Part shown: piece by piece, positions 51,462-60,715 of the stretch
How the letters are laid out: every line of letters starts with the position of its first letter
Numbering within the stretch: position 1 is the first letter of the stretch
NCBI GenBank assembly: GCA_027451365.1
Contig: DAIDJN010000040.1
Span: 64,001 to 128,000, forward strand
Direction of reading: 5' to 3'
Source: Phycisphaerales bacterium
GTDB taxonomy: Bacteria > Planctomycetota > Phycisphaerae > WQYP01
DNA: 64,000 nucleotides
The notes under the pieces: generated by a model
What the model was told of the DNA's origin: nothing
The model's input: the letters and a program-made list of their open reading frames with translations, nothing else
Databases searched by the model: none
Program-made: the position numbers and the translations under genes

Positions 51462-54206
51462 ATGCTTTCCAAAATGCACAATTCGACGGATTTGCGGGTG
51501 CTGGCCTCGGCAAATCGTTTAATCCCGACCCGAATGCGGCTGGTCCATCAGGGGGCGGGCCATCGCCGGCCTGTTGCTTTGGCGGCTGTTGCGATTTGTG
51601 CCGCGGTTGTCGGCCTGGCGGGACCGCACCGAGCGTCGGCCGCCACCGTTGCGGTGGCAAAAAAAGCCGCCGAGGCACCGGTACTTTCACTGGTAGCGCA
51701 GAGGGCGATTGCAAGCCAGACGCAATTGGCTCAAAGTCTGATAGATGCGCACAATATTGCGGGTCTTCAGGCAGCTCTGAAGTTCGCCACCGATGTCCAT
51801 GCCAAAGCACTTTTTTCCTCGGCGTTAATTGCCGCCCGGTGGCCGTCGATTGCGGACAGTCCAACGCTGCGTCAGAAGGATGCGGACGTTTACATCCGCA
51901 ATTTGCAGGCCTATGTGCAATACGCGGGTCCAAGCATTTATCCGCTTTGGGCCCTGCATCAGGCTAAGTTTATTTTGGCGAATCTGACCACCAGCCCGGT
52001 CAATCGAATTGAATATTGGTCCGCACTGCCGCAGGATCGCGCGGAACTTAAGCCGGCGGCGGGCGCGGCGCTGCAATTGCTGCATCTGGCCGATACGCAT
52101 CTGAAAGCGGACCTGGTCCGGCTTAACAATCAGTCGACGTTTTCCAAGTTGGACAAGGCCTATTACATGCTGGCCCTTAACGGCCAGACACAGGCGGCCT
52201 ATTACCGCTGTTTCGCATCTTATTTTTATGGACTTTCGCTGCCTCGCAAGGCCGCGGGACGCGATGCGTATTTTCTGGCGGCGGTCAAAGGTTTAAAGCA
52301 ATGGGCTTCCGGACCGGCATCCAACGGCGTGAAATATCCGGCACTGCTGCTTAGCGGAAAGGCCAATGTGCGGGCGGGCCGATATACCGATGGCGAATCG
52401 GAACTGGTTAAAGCCCAAAGCCCGGATGCGCCACTTTACATCCAATATGCGGCGCGTTACCAGCAGGTTGTGGCGCTGCTTGGTGCCGGGCATTATAAAC
52501 AGGCAAGCGAAATGCTCGCGTCATTCCGCAGTTGGGTGAAATCCAATCCCAAGGCGGACACCGCCAGTGCGACCATGGGCGCGCAATTGCTGGCCTATCG
52601 TATCGCGGCGGCAAAAGCCCGCAGTCTGACCGATCCGCAAGCCCGCAATGCGGGCCTTCTGGCGGCCAGCGGCATTCTGATGCGCGTGGTCGCCACGGCA
52701 CCGCAATACCAGGGGCTTATTTTCTCGCACCTTGCCGCGCGGATTCCAGCCAATCCGAACGTCAGCAGCCTGACGCCGGTGCAAGCACTGGCATTCGCCT
52801 GGACCAAAGCACAAAGCGGCAATTCGGCCAATGCGAAACTGGCACTTGGTGCGGCCAAATCGGTGCTGACGCGCAAAGGCATAAGTACGCCGATCGCGGC
52901 GGAAGCGTCTCTTATTGCCGGCATCAGTTATGGCCGCCTCGGCCGGCTGCAACAGGCTGCCCAGATGAATCTGCGTTTTGTCGCGCTGGTCCCCAATGAT
53001 ACTCGGGCGAAATCCGCGGTGAATCTTGCCCTTTCCCAGCTTCAGCAGTTAAACCAGGTTGCGGATGTTTCCAGCCAGGTGTCCACCCTCACGCAGCAGG
53101 CCTTGAAACTGGCCTATGTGAATTACCATGAAAAGCAATGGGCCTTTGCCTATGCCTTGCAACTGGAAGAGACCGGTGAGTTCGCCGAGGCCGGTCATCT
53201 TCTTTCCGAAGTAAAGCCGGATAATCCCCTGTTTCTGGATGCGCAATATCAATTGGTGCGCATTACCGCGTCGATCATGAATCAGGATATTCAATCCGGC
53301 AAAACCGTGGTCATCCAGCAGGAGGCTGCGCAAAAGCTGCTGAACGCATGCCATCACTACCTGACAATCCTGCAATATCCGCCGACGGGTACTTCGGCCG
53401 CGGCTTTGAAACGCGCACGGGCCAACCGTACCAGTATTCTGTTTCTGCAGGCAGCAACGGCCCTTGATCCGTTACGGGAACCGAACACGGCGGGTCGCAT
53501 TTTAGACTCCCTTGATGCCATTCGTTCCAAACTTTCGCATCGCCTGCAGGGCATTCTGCTTCGCTACCGCATTCGCCAGTATCAATTGAACCACCAGAGC
53601 GCGATGATTATTCCGTTGATAAAGAAGTACACCGCCAATTCCAAGGGTGGCGCGGAACAGTTGATTCGCGGTCTGATAGGCCAGTACGATTCTGAGAGCC
53701 GCGCGCTCCGGGCCACCCAGCCGGTTAAGGCCAAGGATCTGGCCAGCCAGGCGGCCACACTGCTGCGGGCGCTCATTGCATACATGCGATCGCAAAAAGG
53801 GAACCATCGCGATTTGATTTATGCCTACCGCCAGATTCTGGCAGAGGAATATATTCACGCCGGTCGCGGACATGCGGCAATGGATTTGTATAAATCGCTG
53901 GAAAAACAGCGGCCGCCGGACCTGCGGAATTTCATCGGATTCGCCCGCGCAGCCTATGCCGCCGGTCATTATCAGCGCGCCCGCCGGTTGTATGTGCGGA
54001 TCATTCCAAAGCTTGAGCCGGGCAGCGATTTATTCTGGTCGGCGTATCTGTATCTGATTCGTGCCAATGAAAAGCATTTGACTCACCCGAAAGCCACCGT
54101 ACGGAAGCTGCGGGCTTTGCTGGCGATTTACGGCAATACCATCGGCGGCAAGCGCTATCACGCCCAATATGAGGCCCTGCTGCAAAAGTACAATATTACT
54201 GAATAG
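51462..54206 (+). CDS. Large exported alpha-helical (TPR-like) protein
   Basis: Signal-peptide-like LAAVAICAAVVGLAGPHRASA; repeated TPR-like helices (e.g. ARAAYAAGHYQRARRLY). Start could be 51462 (AGGAG RBS) or 51534. Confidence 0.75.
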   Translation: MLSKMHNSTDLRVLASANRLIPTRMRLVHQGAGHRRPVALAAVAICAAVVGLAGPHRASAATVAVAKKAAEAPVLSLVAQRAIASQTQLAQSLIDAHNIAGLQAALKFATDVHAKALFSSALIAARWPSIADSPTLRQKDADVYIRNLQAYVQYAGPSIYPLWALHQAKFILANLTTSPVNRIEYWSALPQDRAELKPAAGAALQLLHLADTHLKADLVRLNNQSTFSKLDKAYYMLALNGQTQAAYYRCFASYFYGLSLPRKAAGRDAYFLAAVKGLKQWASGPASNGVKYPALLLSGKANVRAGRYTDGESELVKAQSPDAPLYIQYAARYQQVVALLGAGHYKQASEMLASFRSWVKSNPKADTASATMGAQLLAYRIAAAKARSLTDPQARNAGLLAASGILMRVVATAPQYQGLIFSHLAARIPANPNVSSLTPVQALAFAWTKAQSGNSANAKLALGAAKSVLTRKGISTPIAAEASLIAGISYGRLGRLQQAAQMNLRFVALVPNDTRAKSAVNLALSQLQQLNQVADVSSQVSTLTQQALKLAYVNYHEKQWAFAYALQLEETGEFAEAGHLLSEVKPDNPLFLDAQYQLVRITASIMNQDIQSGKTVVIQQEAAQKLLNACHHYLTILQYPPTGTSAAALKRARANRTSILFLQAATALDPLREPNTAGRILDSLDAIRSKLSHRLQGILLRYRIRQYQLNHQSAMIIPLIKKYTANSKGGAEQLIRGLIGQYDSESRALRATQPVKAKDLASQAATLLRALIAYMRSQKGNHRDLIYAYRQILAEEYIHAGRGHAAMDLYKSLEKQRPPDLRNFIGFARAAYAAGHYQRARRLYVRIIPKLEPGSDLFWSAYLYLIRANEKHLTHPKATVRKLRALLAIYGNTIGGKRYHAQYEALLQKYNITE

Positions 54207-54318
54207 TCCCCTGCGAACGGACGGCCGCTGTTAACCGCTGATTCTGAATCCAGGCGCGACAGGTGTCCGGCTTTTGTCAGGATGCCGAAATTCCCTTTTG
54301 GCGGTAGCATGATTTGCT

Positions 54319-54981
54319 ATGAGAATCATTGCGGGCAAATTTCGCGGTCGTCCTGTCATTTCCCCCTCCGATGACACCACACGCCCGATAACGGATCGAG
54401 CCAAACAGTCATTGTTCGATGCGCTGGCCGTGGCTGTGGATTTTTCCGCCACGCCGGTGCTGGATTGCTTCTGTGGCACCGGCTCGCTGGGGCTTGAATG
54501 CCTTTCGCGCGGCTCGCCACGGGTGGTCTTTGTGGAAAACGGCCGATCGGCTCTGGAAAATTTACGCAACAACATTGTGGCCTTTGGCGTTAAAGACAGG
54601 AGCGATGTGCTGCGGCTGGATGCCTACCGCACGCCATCGGCACTCGCGGGTCTGCCGACGCCGGATGGTCGGCCGTTGAAATTTCTGCTGGCATTTGTGG
54701 ATCCGCCTTATGCCCAGATGGAATCGCCGGATGAACGGGACGCGGTGGATAACCTGGTGCAGGCTTTGGCCTTGGACTGGGTGCCGACCGGAGGACTGAT
54801 TATTTTACGCCATCCGACCGAAGTAAAACTTACCGGATTGCGGCTGGCACCGCTGGTCATTCGGCAAATGGTATACGGGTCCATGACCATTACCTGGCTG
54901 GAAACGCAAGCCGGCACCGGGAGCCAAGCTGCGAATGTCGTGGCTGATCATGCGCCGGCTGATTCTCCAGGCGATATCTGA
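54319..54981 (+). CDS. rsmD: 16S rRNA m2G966 methyltransferase
   Basis: MRIIAGKFRGR, TRPITDRAKQSLF, LDCFCGTGSLGLECLSRG, FVDPPY. Confidence 0.92.
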   Translation: MRIIAGKFRGRPVISPSDDTTRPITDRAKQSLFDALAVAVDFSATPVLDCFCGTGSLGLECLSRGSPRVVFVENGRSALENLRNNIVAFGVKDRSDVLRLDAYRTPSALAGLPTPDGRPLKFLLAFVDPPYAQMESPDERDAVDNLVQALALDWVPTGGLIILRHPTEVKLTGLRLAPLVIRQMVYGSMTITWLETQAGTGSQAANVVADHAPADSPGDI

Positions 54982-55092
54982 CCGGGGACCGCCGGTCTGC
55001 CGCGACCCGGTCTGGCGGATTCGCCGCCGTCGGGATTGGGCCGCCTCGGTCGGCGGGAATTGGTAAATTTGTAACGCAAAAGAGGCTTTCGT

Positions 55093-56019
55093 ATGCCCGC
55101 ATATCAATACAAATTTTTCAAACCGGCCCAGGCCGCCCAGTTGCGGCGCATGGAACTGACGGTGCGCGGGGTGGTGGAAGGCGTGTATGCCGGTTTGCAT
55201 AAAAGTCCGCACAAAGGCTTCAGTATTGAATTTGCCGAACATCGTGAATATGTCCCCGGTGATGAAATCAAGCACCTTGACTGGACAGTACTGGCTAAGA
55301 CCGACCGGTATTACATAAAACAATACGAACAGGAAACCAATATGCGGGCCACCATATGCCTGGATGCGTCGGCATCCATGCGGTTTGGCACAGCTGCCCA
55401 GGAAGACGCGTCGGTCAAAGGCGTGCGGCAGGTGAGCAAGTTTGATTATTCCGCAGTGCTGGCCGCATCTCTGGCGTATATGCTGTCCAATCAGCAGGAC
55501 ATGGTCGGGCTGGTCGCGTTTGATAATGCCATCCGCCTGGAAATTCCGCAGGGGAATGGGCCATCTCACCTGGACCAGATATTTGTATCTCTGGAAAAGC
55601 TTTCCCCCGGCAGAACCACGGACCTGGCAGCCACGCTGCACCGGGTGGCGGCAAAAATTCCACGACGCGGGCTGGTGATTGTTATCAGCGATCTGTTTGA
55701 TGACCCGGAACGAATCGCCACCTCCCTGCAGCATCTCCGCCACGCCCGTCACCAGTTGGTCATGATTCATGTTCTGGATCGCGGCGAAATGGAACTTAAT
55801 TACAACCGCCCGGTCACTTTTGAAGATATGGAGGATGGCACGCGCCTGCAGATTGATCCTAAAATTATTCGCGATGACTACCGCAAGGAAGTGCAGGCCT
55901 ATCTGGAATTGCTGAAATTCAAGTGCGGCCAGTCGCGGATCGATTATATCACCGCGTTTACCGATATTCCTTGGGACGCACAAATACGCGAAGTGCTGCG
56001 GCGGACCTCGCGCCGCTGA
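55093..56019 (+). CDS. DUF58 domain protein (MoxR-associated vWA-like)
   Basis: GLHKSPHKGFSIEFAEHREYVPGD..LDW, KQYEQET, LDASASM, ISDL. Confidence 0.93.
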   Translation: MPAYQYKFFKPAQAAQLRRMELTVRGVVEGVYAGLHKSPHKGFSIEFAEHREYVPGDEIKHLDWTVLAKTDRYYIKQYEQETNMRATICLDASASMRFGTAAQEDASVKGVRQVSKFDYSAVLAASLAYMLSNQQDMVGLVAFDNAIRLEIPQGNGPSHLDQIFVSLEKLSPGRTTDLAATLHRVAAKIPRRGLVIVISDLFDDPERIATSLQHLRHARHQLVMIHVLDRGEMELNYNRPVTFEDMEDGTRLQIDPKIIRDDYRKEVQAYLELLKFKCGQSRIDYITAFTDIPWDAQIREVLRRTSRR

Positions 56020-56090
56020 ACGGTTTGGACAACCGCCGCGACCTCTGCAATATGCGAATGTCCGGCATGTACGTAAAGGCTGACAGCTTG

Positions 56091-58652
56091 ATGAATGTGT
56101 TCGGGTCTATTGCGGCCCTGAGTTTTGCCAGTCCGGTCATGCTGGTGGGTCTGCTGGCTGCGGGCATTCCCGTGGCGCTGCATCTGCTGAACCGCGTGCG
56201 TTCCCCCATTGTGCAATTCCCCACGTTGCGATTCCTGCGAATCACAGCTCAAAAAACGTCCCGGCGGCGGCAGGTTCAGAACTTTCTTCTTCTGCTGCTC
56301 CGGATGGCGGTCTTCGCCATGATTGCCATGGCGGTTGCCGGGCCGCTGGTGCATGGCGGGCGGCCAATTCTGGCTTATGGCATGGTTCTGCTTTTGCTGG
56401 TGGGGCTTGGTCTGCTGGCGGTCACCGGCACCTTGTTGGGTGGCATGATCGAAAACCGGCAGCGGGCCGCCAGCGCCGCGCTGCCAACCCGGCCGGATGG
56501 TACGCCTGCTCTACAACCCTCCGCCACACCCCGGACGCCGCCGAACGGTCGCACACCAGGTTTTATATTGCCCATCGCTCTGCTGGTTGCGGGTCTACTG
56601 GCTGCCGCTACGGCCGTATTCGGACTGGGAACAGATACGCTGTTTCCAGCGTCCGCGGCGCATTTTGATGGCAGTTCCACCGCGTGCGTCATTATTCTGG
56701 ATAATTCGCAATCTATGCTGGCCCATGCGGGCCTTCAATCGCGGCTTGCGCAGGCCACCGCCCAGGTACAATCATTAATAAGTTCCGTCATCCGGCCGGC
56801 CCAGGTTGCGGTGCTGCTGACCAATCCCGGCAGTTCAGCCGTGACTGACCATTTAAGTGCCAACCGCGTGGCGGTTCTAGGGCGGCTGGGAAGAATTCAA
56901 AGCACTGGCCGCACGCTTCCCATGCAACTTCTGATAGCCCGTTCGGTACGGCTGCTCCGCAATTCCGATGAAGCCAGCCGCCTGCTTGTGATCGTCTCCG
57001 ATTTCGCCGGCCCGGCCGCAGCGGATACAGACATGTTCCGCGCCTTGAAGCGGAACCCGGAAATTCAGGTAGTGCTTATGCCGCAGGCCACTGGCAGTAT
57101 TCCGGACGATGTTGGCATAACCAAGTTAAATATCACCCGTGGCCAGCCGGTAATCGGCAGTAAAATGATCTTCAAAGCCGCGGTGATCAACAATGGCCAG
57201 ACTGCAGTAGTGCCGACTTTTGATCTGCAAATGGATGGTCGAACGATACCTGGCGCGGCTGCCCATATTCAGCTTGGCCCCGCGGGCACCGCATCGGCGC
57301 GCGGGTCGGTCAAACTGTCCTTCACGCTGCCTGCGGCCGGTTACCACCTTTTTGCCGTGCGTCAGGCGGGGGCCTCGGACGCACTGGGCTGGGCGGACCA
57401 GCGCAGCCTGATGTTGCGGGTGGCGCACAAAATTCGGGTCCTGGTGGTGGGCACCCAGGCTTCGCCTTTGCCTGGCAGTACTGGCTTTTTTACCCAGGCG
57501 GCCCTGGCCCCGTTTGCTGGCGCGCAATTTGCCGCGGCCGGGAAGCCCCTTTGGAGCATTGCCCCGACCTATGTATCGGCGGCGGACTTTTCTGGCACAA
57601 ACCTGGACCCATATGCAGCGGTATTTATGTGTGATGTGCCGCGTCTGACTGCGCCAGCGGCCGACAGCTTGTCCCGCTTTGTTCGCGCCGGCGGGCGAGT
57701 CTGCTGGCTCCTGGGGCCGGCGGTGAACAAAGCGAATTATAACAGTCTTTTGGCCGGTACCAGGCAGATGCTGCCCGGCACGCTTACTGGGCCCATGCAG
57801 AATTCCAATGGTAGCCCGGTAAGCTGGGTGGATATCAAAAGTCACATTTTCGCGCACCTTTTTCCCACACAAACGCCGTTTCAGCGGATTGTGGTGGTGG
57901 GGCGGTGGGCTTTGCCGGCCAATTCGCCCGCCATTGGCAAAGCACTTTCCAGGCTTGAAGATCAGTCTCTGCTGCTGGTGGAACACACGCTTGGACAGGG
58001 CAGAGTTTACACCTTTCTAACCGCACCGGGCGGCGGTTGGACCAATATTGCCACTACATCCGCCTTTTTGCCGATGATCGTGCGCATTGCCCTGGGTAGC
58101 GCTGGAACCTTGGCTCACCTTACGAGTTACGAACCACAGCAGGCGGTCTCTATTCCGCTGCCCAACCAAAACGCTCAGGCCAGTCTGAACGTGACTGTTC
58201 CCGGCAGCGATGTCCCGGTGAATGTCAAATCTATTCCCGGACCGGAAGGCCGGCCGGAATGGATTTTTCAGGAAACATATCGGGCGGGCGTATACAAATG
58301 GGAAAGTTTTGACCACCATTTCCATGGGCGTTTTGTGGTAAATAATCCGGGTGCGGAAGTGGATTTACGTGCCACATCAGCCAAAATTATTGCCAAAGAA
58401 GCGCCTGTAAAATCGCCACCACTGATTGCCGCAACCGCACGACAGCTTCAGGCTGTTCTGCAGAAAAATTCACAAGGCAGTTCGCTGATGCCTGGAATTC
58501 TGGCACTTGTGCTTATCCTGGCCGTGCTGGAAGCATTGGCCGCCAACCGCTACAAACCGACTGTTCAAAGACGGGACGATCTCCTGGGCCGCGAGCCAGA
58601 CGTCGTCCAGCGCGGTTCTTTGGCCGCTCTTGAAGGCCGTTCAGTTGCCTGA
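56091..58652 (+). CDS. BatA-domain / vWA membrane protein
   Basis: PVALHLLNR..FPTLRFL..LLLLLRM (BatA N-terminus), LDNSQSM MIDAS, VSDF, Ig-like and GATase-like regions, C-terminal TM (LAVLEALAAN). Start uncertain. Confidence 0.88.
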   Translation: MNVFGSIAALSFASPVMLVGLLAAGIPVALHLLNRVRSPIVQFPTLRFLRITAQKTSRRRQVQNFLLLLLRMAVFAMIAMAVAGPLVHGGRPILAYGMVLLLLVGLGLLAVTGTLLGGMIENRQRAASAALPTRPDGTPALQPSATPRTPPNGRTPGFILPIALLVAGLLAAATAVFGLGTDTLFPASAAHFDGSSTACVIILDNSQSMLAHAGLQSRLAQATAQVQSLISSVIRPAQVAVLLTNPGSSAVTDHLSANRVAVLGRLGRIQSTGRTLPMQLLIARSVRLLRNSDEASRLLVIVSDFAGPAAADTDMFRALKRNPEIQVVLMPQATGSIPDDVGITKLNITRGQPVIGSKMIFKAAVINNGQTAVVPTFDLQMDGRTIPGAAAHIQLGPAGTASARGSVKLSFTLPAAGYHLFAVRQAGASDALGWADQRSLMLRVAHKIRVLVVGTQASPLPGSTGFFTQAALAPFAGAQFAAAGKPLWSIAPTYVSAADFSGTNLDPYAAVFMCDVPRLTAPAADSLSRFVRAGGRVCWLLGPAVNKANYNSLLAGTRQMLPGTLTGPMQNSNGSPVSWVDIKSHIFAHLFPTQTPFQRIVVVGRWALPANSPAIGKALSRLEDQSLLLVEHTLGQGRVYTFLTAPGGGWTNIATTSAFLPMIVRIALGSAGTLAHLTSYEPQQAVSIPLPNQNAQASLNVTVPGSDVPVNVKSIPGPEGRPEWIFQETYRAGVYKWESFDHHFHGRFVVNNPGAEVDLRATSAKIIAKEAPVKSPPLIAATARQLQAVLQKNSQGSSLMPGILALVLILAVLEALAANRYKPTVQRRDDLLGREPDVVQRGSLAALEGRSVA

Positions 58653-58778
58653 CAGACGCATCCTTTACTACAGCAGCAGCAGCGCGAATCGCCATTGGCA
58701 AACGCGCGGAAATAACCTGCACGCACAGATTGGCACGCATCGGCACTCAGCAGTCAATGCGCGCAGCTTGATTCCTTA

Positions 58779-58790
58779 TTGTGTACACAA
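58779..58790. promoter_or_regulatory. Palindromic operator upstream of the Phd-PIN TA pair
   Basis: Perfect 12-bp palindrome TTGTGTACACAA plus a TACACAAA half-site at 58796. Confidence 0.5.
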
Positions 58791-58846
58791 AAAAATACAC
58801 AAAGCCGGGTACGCCTGCAGACGGTCATTGGGCCAGCGAGGTTTTT

Positions 58847-59134
58847 ATGCGATTTGTGACCATTCGCGCTGTAAGAATGATTGCCGCATCCGTTCTGCGC
58901 AAGTTGCCCCGTGAAGGGGAAGTCGTTCTTACCCACCATAGCCACCCGATAGCCATTGTTCCTTCTGCTGATGAAAGCAATCTGGAAGATACGCTGCGAA
59001 CATTGCGACAAATCCGGGCTCTTCAGGCCGTCGACCGCAGGCAGCGCAGCACTGCAAAACGTGGTGCCGCGCGATTGTCGCGCCGCCGTATTGCCGCGGA
59101 AGTTGCCGCCGTTCGACGGGACCGCAAACAGTGA
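58847..59134 (+). CDS. Phd/YefM-like antitoxin (divergent, possibly decaying)
   Basis: MRFVTIR...EVVLTHHSHPIAI...LEDTLRTLRQIRA...IAAEVAAVRR; GTGA overlap with the PIN gene. Confidence 0.7.
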   Translation: MRFVTIRAVRMIAASVLRKLPREGEVVLTHHSHPIAIVPSADESNLEDTLRTLRQIRALQAVDRRQRSTAKRGAARLSRRRIAAEVAAVRRDRKQ

Positions 59135-59532
59135 GAATTGTGGTCGGCACAAACATCCTTGTGTCCGGCCTGCTTTCGCCTTTCGGGCCACCAGGACAGA
59201 TTGCCTCCGGGATCGCCGTTGGCACTTGGAAAGTCTGCTATCCTGCCCGAATAATGACGGAATACGCGGAAGTGCTTTTGCGGCCTGCGTTCGGTTTTGA
59301 CCCGGGCGATGTCGCCACAATAGTGCGCCAGATTCAAATTGAAGGCGAGCTTTGTGCGCCACCACCAACCGCGATGGTGTTACCGGATCCGTATGACTGT
59401 CCATTTCTCGAAGCGGCGCCCGCAACTTCCGCAGATTACCTGAGTACCGGAAACCTTCGGCATTTTCCCGTCAAATCCCGTCAGGGTGTTGCGGTTGTCT
59501 CACCCGCTCAATTTATCAGGCTTATAAGTTAA
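59131..59532 (+). CDS. PIN-domain toxin (TIGR00305-like), probably inactivated
   Basis: MRIVVGTNILVSGLL (family has D at the G), EY.EVL.RP.F, PDPYD..FLE, TGNLRHFP. Confidence 0.75.
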   Translation: MRIVVGTNILVSGLLSPFGPPGQIASGIAVGTWKVCYPARIMTEYAEVLLRPAFGFDPGDVATIVRQIQIEGELCAPPPTAMVLPDPYDCPFLEAAPATSADYLSTGNLRHFPVKSRQGVAVVSPAQFIRLIS

Positions 59533-59827
59533 CCACCGCATTAAAGCCCTTTTCCAGCAATGGAACATCACACTCCAGCCAGGCCGCAAAAGGGCGTGCG
59601 GACGATACATTAGTTGTTACCTGCTTGTGTCTTTTTTTTTGGACAACAAGTGGCCATCCCGGATGTGATAAGAAAAGAGTCGCGACGGGCGAAGATTGGG
59701 CTAAATATGAAGGACGTCCGATTGTTGACAGCCGGGCGGGAATGAGCAACACTTCTGCCGTGGCTGAGCGGCGTTGACGGATGTTCAAAGAGTAATGCGC
59801 AGAAGCAGGGAAGGCGGCGGACGTTTT

Positions 59828-60709
59828 ATGAGTAAACAAAAAAGGGGCCGTATTGACACTCATGAAGTCGAGCGCGTCCAGCAGATCAAGCGGTTGGTGG
59901 TTATCGCATTGTTTTCGGATGACGAACTCATGGAGCGCTTCGTGCTCAAGGGTGGCAATGCCGTTGATCTGGCCTACCAAATCGGTTGGCGTGCGTCAGT
60001 CGACATCGACCTGTCGATGGCGGACGATTTTCGATCGGAGGATATTGAGGCTATTCGGTTACTTATTGAGAATAATCTTCTGGCTACCTTCCGGCCCGCC
60101 GGCTACGAAATATTCGACGTCACGATGGAGGAACGACCGGAAAAAGTCAGTGCGAGCCTGAAGACATTCTGGGGAGGTTATTTCCTGAGCTTCAAGCTGA
60201 TAGAGGCGGCTAAATACGCGGAGAATTCCGGAAACCTGGAAAATCTGCGCCGGAACGCAGTGCAGATCGGAGCCAGGGGAAAAATCGAAATTGACATCAG
60301 CAAATTCGAGTTTTGTGAGGCGAAAATAGCTCGCGATTTGGAGGGCTATCGGATATTCGTATACACGCCGGAGATGATTGTCTGTGAGAAGCTGCGTGCG
60401 ATTTGTCAGCAGATGCGGGAGTATGGCCCAATCGTTGACCGCCATCGCACCGGCAGCGCGCGGGCGAGGGATTTCGTGGATATTTATCAGGTGATGCAGC
60501 ACTTCAACCTGGACTTAACGACACCGGAGAATTGTTTGCTTCTGCGCAATATTTTCGACGCCAAGCGGGTGCCGCTGGCATTACTGAATCAATTGCCGGA
60601 GTATCGGGAGTTCCACCGCCCGGACTTTGCGGCTGTAAAGGCGACCGTGAAGGCGGGCGTGGTGCTCAAGGATTTCGACTTCTACTTTGACTATGTATTG
60701 GACGTCTGA
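59828..60709 (+). CDS. AbiEii/AbiGii nucleotidyltransferase toxin (type IV TA)
   Basis: LKGGNA, RASVDIDL, IDIS, EMIVCEKLRA, RARDFVDI. Confidence 0.9.
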   Translation: MSKQKRGRIDTHEVERVQQIKRLVVIALFSDDELMERFVLKGGNAVDLAYQIGWRASVDIDLSMADDFRSEDIEAIRLLIENNLLATFRPAGYEIFDVTMEERPEKVSASLKTFWGGYFLSFKLIEAAKYAENSGNLENLRRNAVQIGARGKIEIDISKFEFCEAKIARDLEGYRIFVYTPEMIVCEKLRAICQQMREYGPIVDRHRTGSARARDFVDIYQVMQHFNLDLTTPENCLLLRNIFDAKRVPLALLNQLPEYREFHRPDFAAVKATVKAGVVLKDFDFYFDYVLDV

Positions 60710-60715
60710 CTGCGG

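Noticed and set aside
54805..55983. 392-aa ORF on the - strand
   Set aside because: Antisense shadow of the DUF58 gene.
60707..60709. Selenocysteine UGA in AbiEii
   Set aside because: Not at a redox or catalytic position and no recognisable SECIS hairpin follows.
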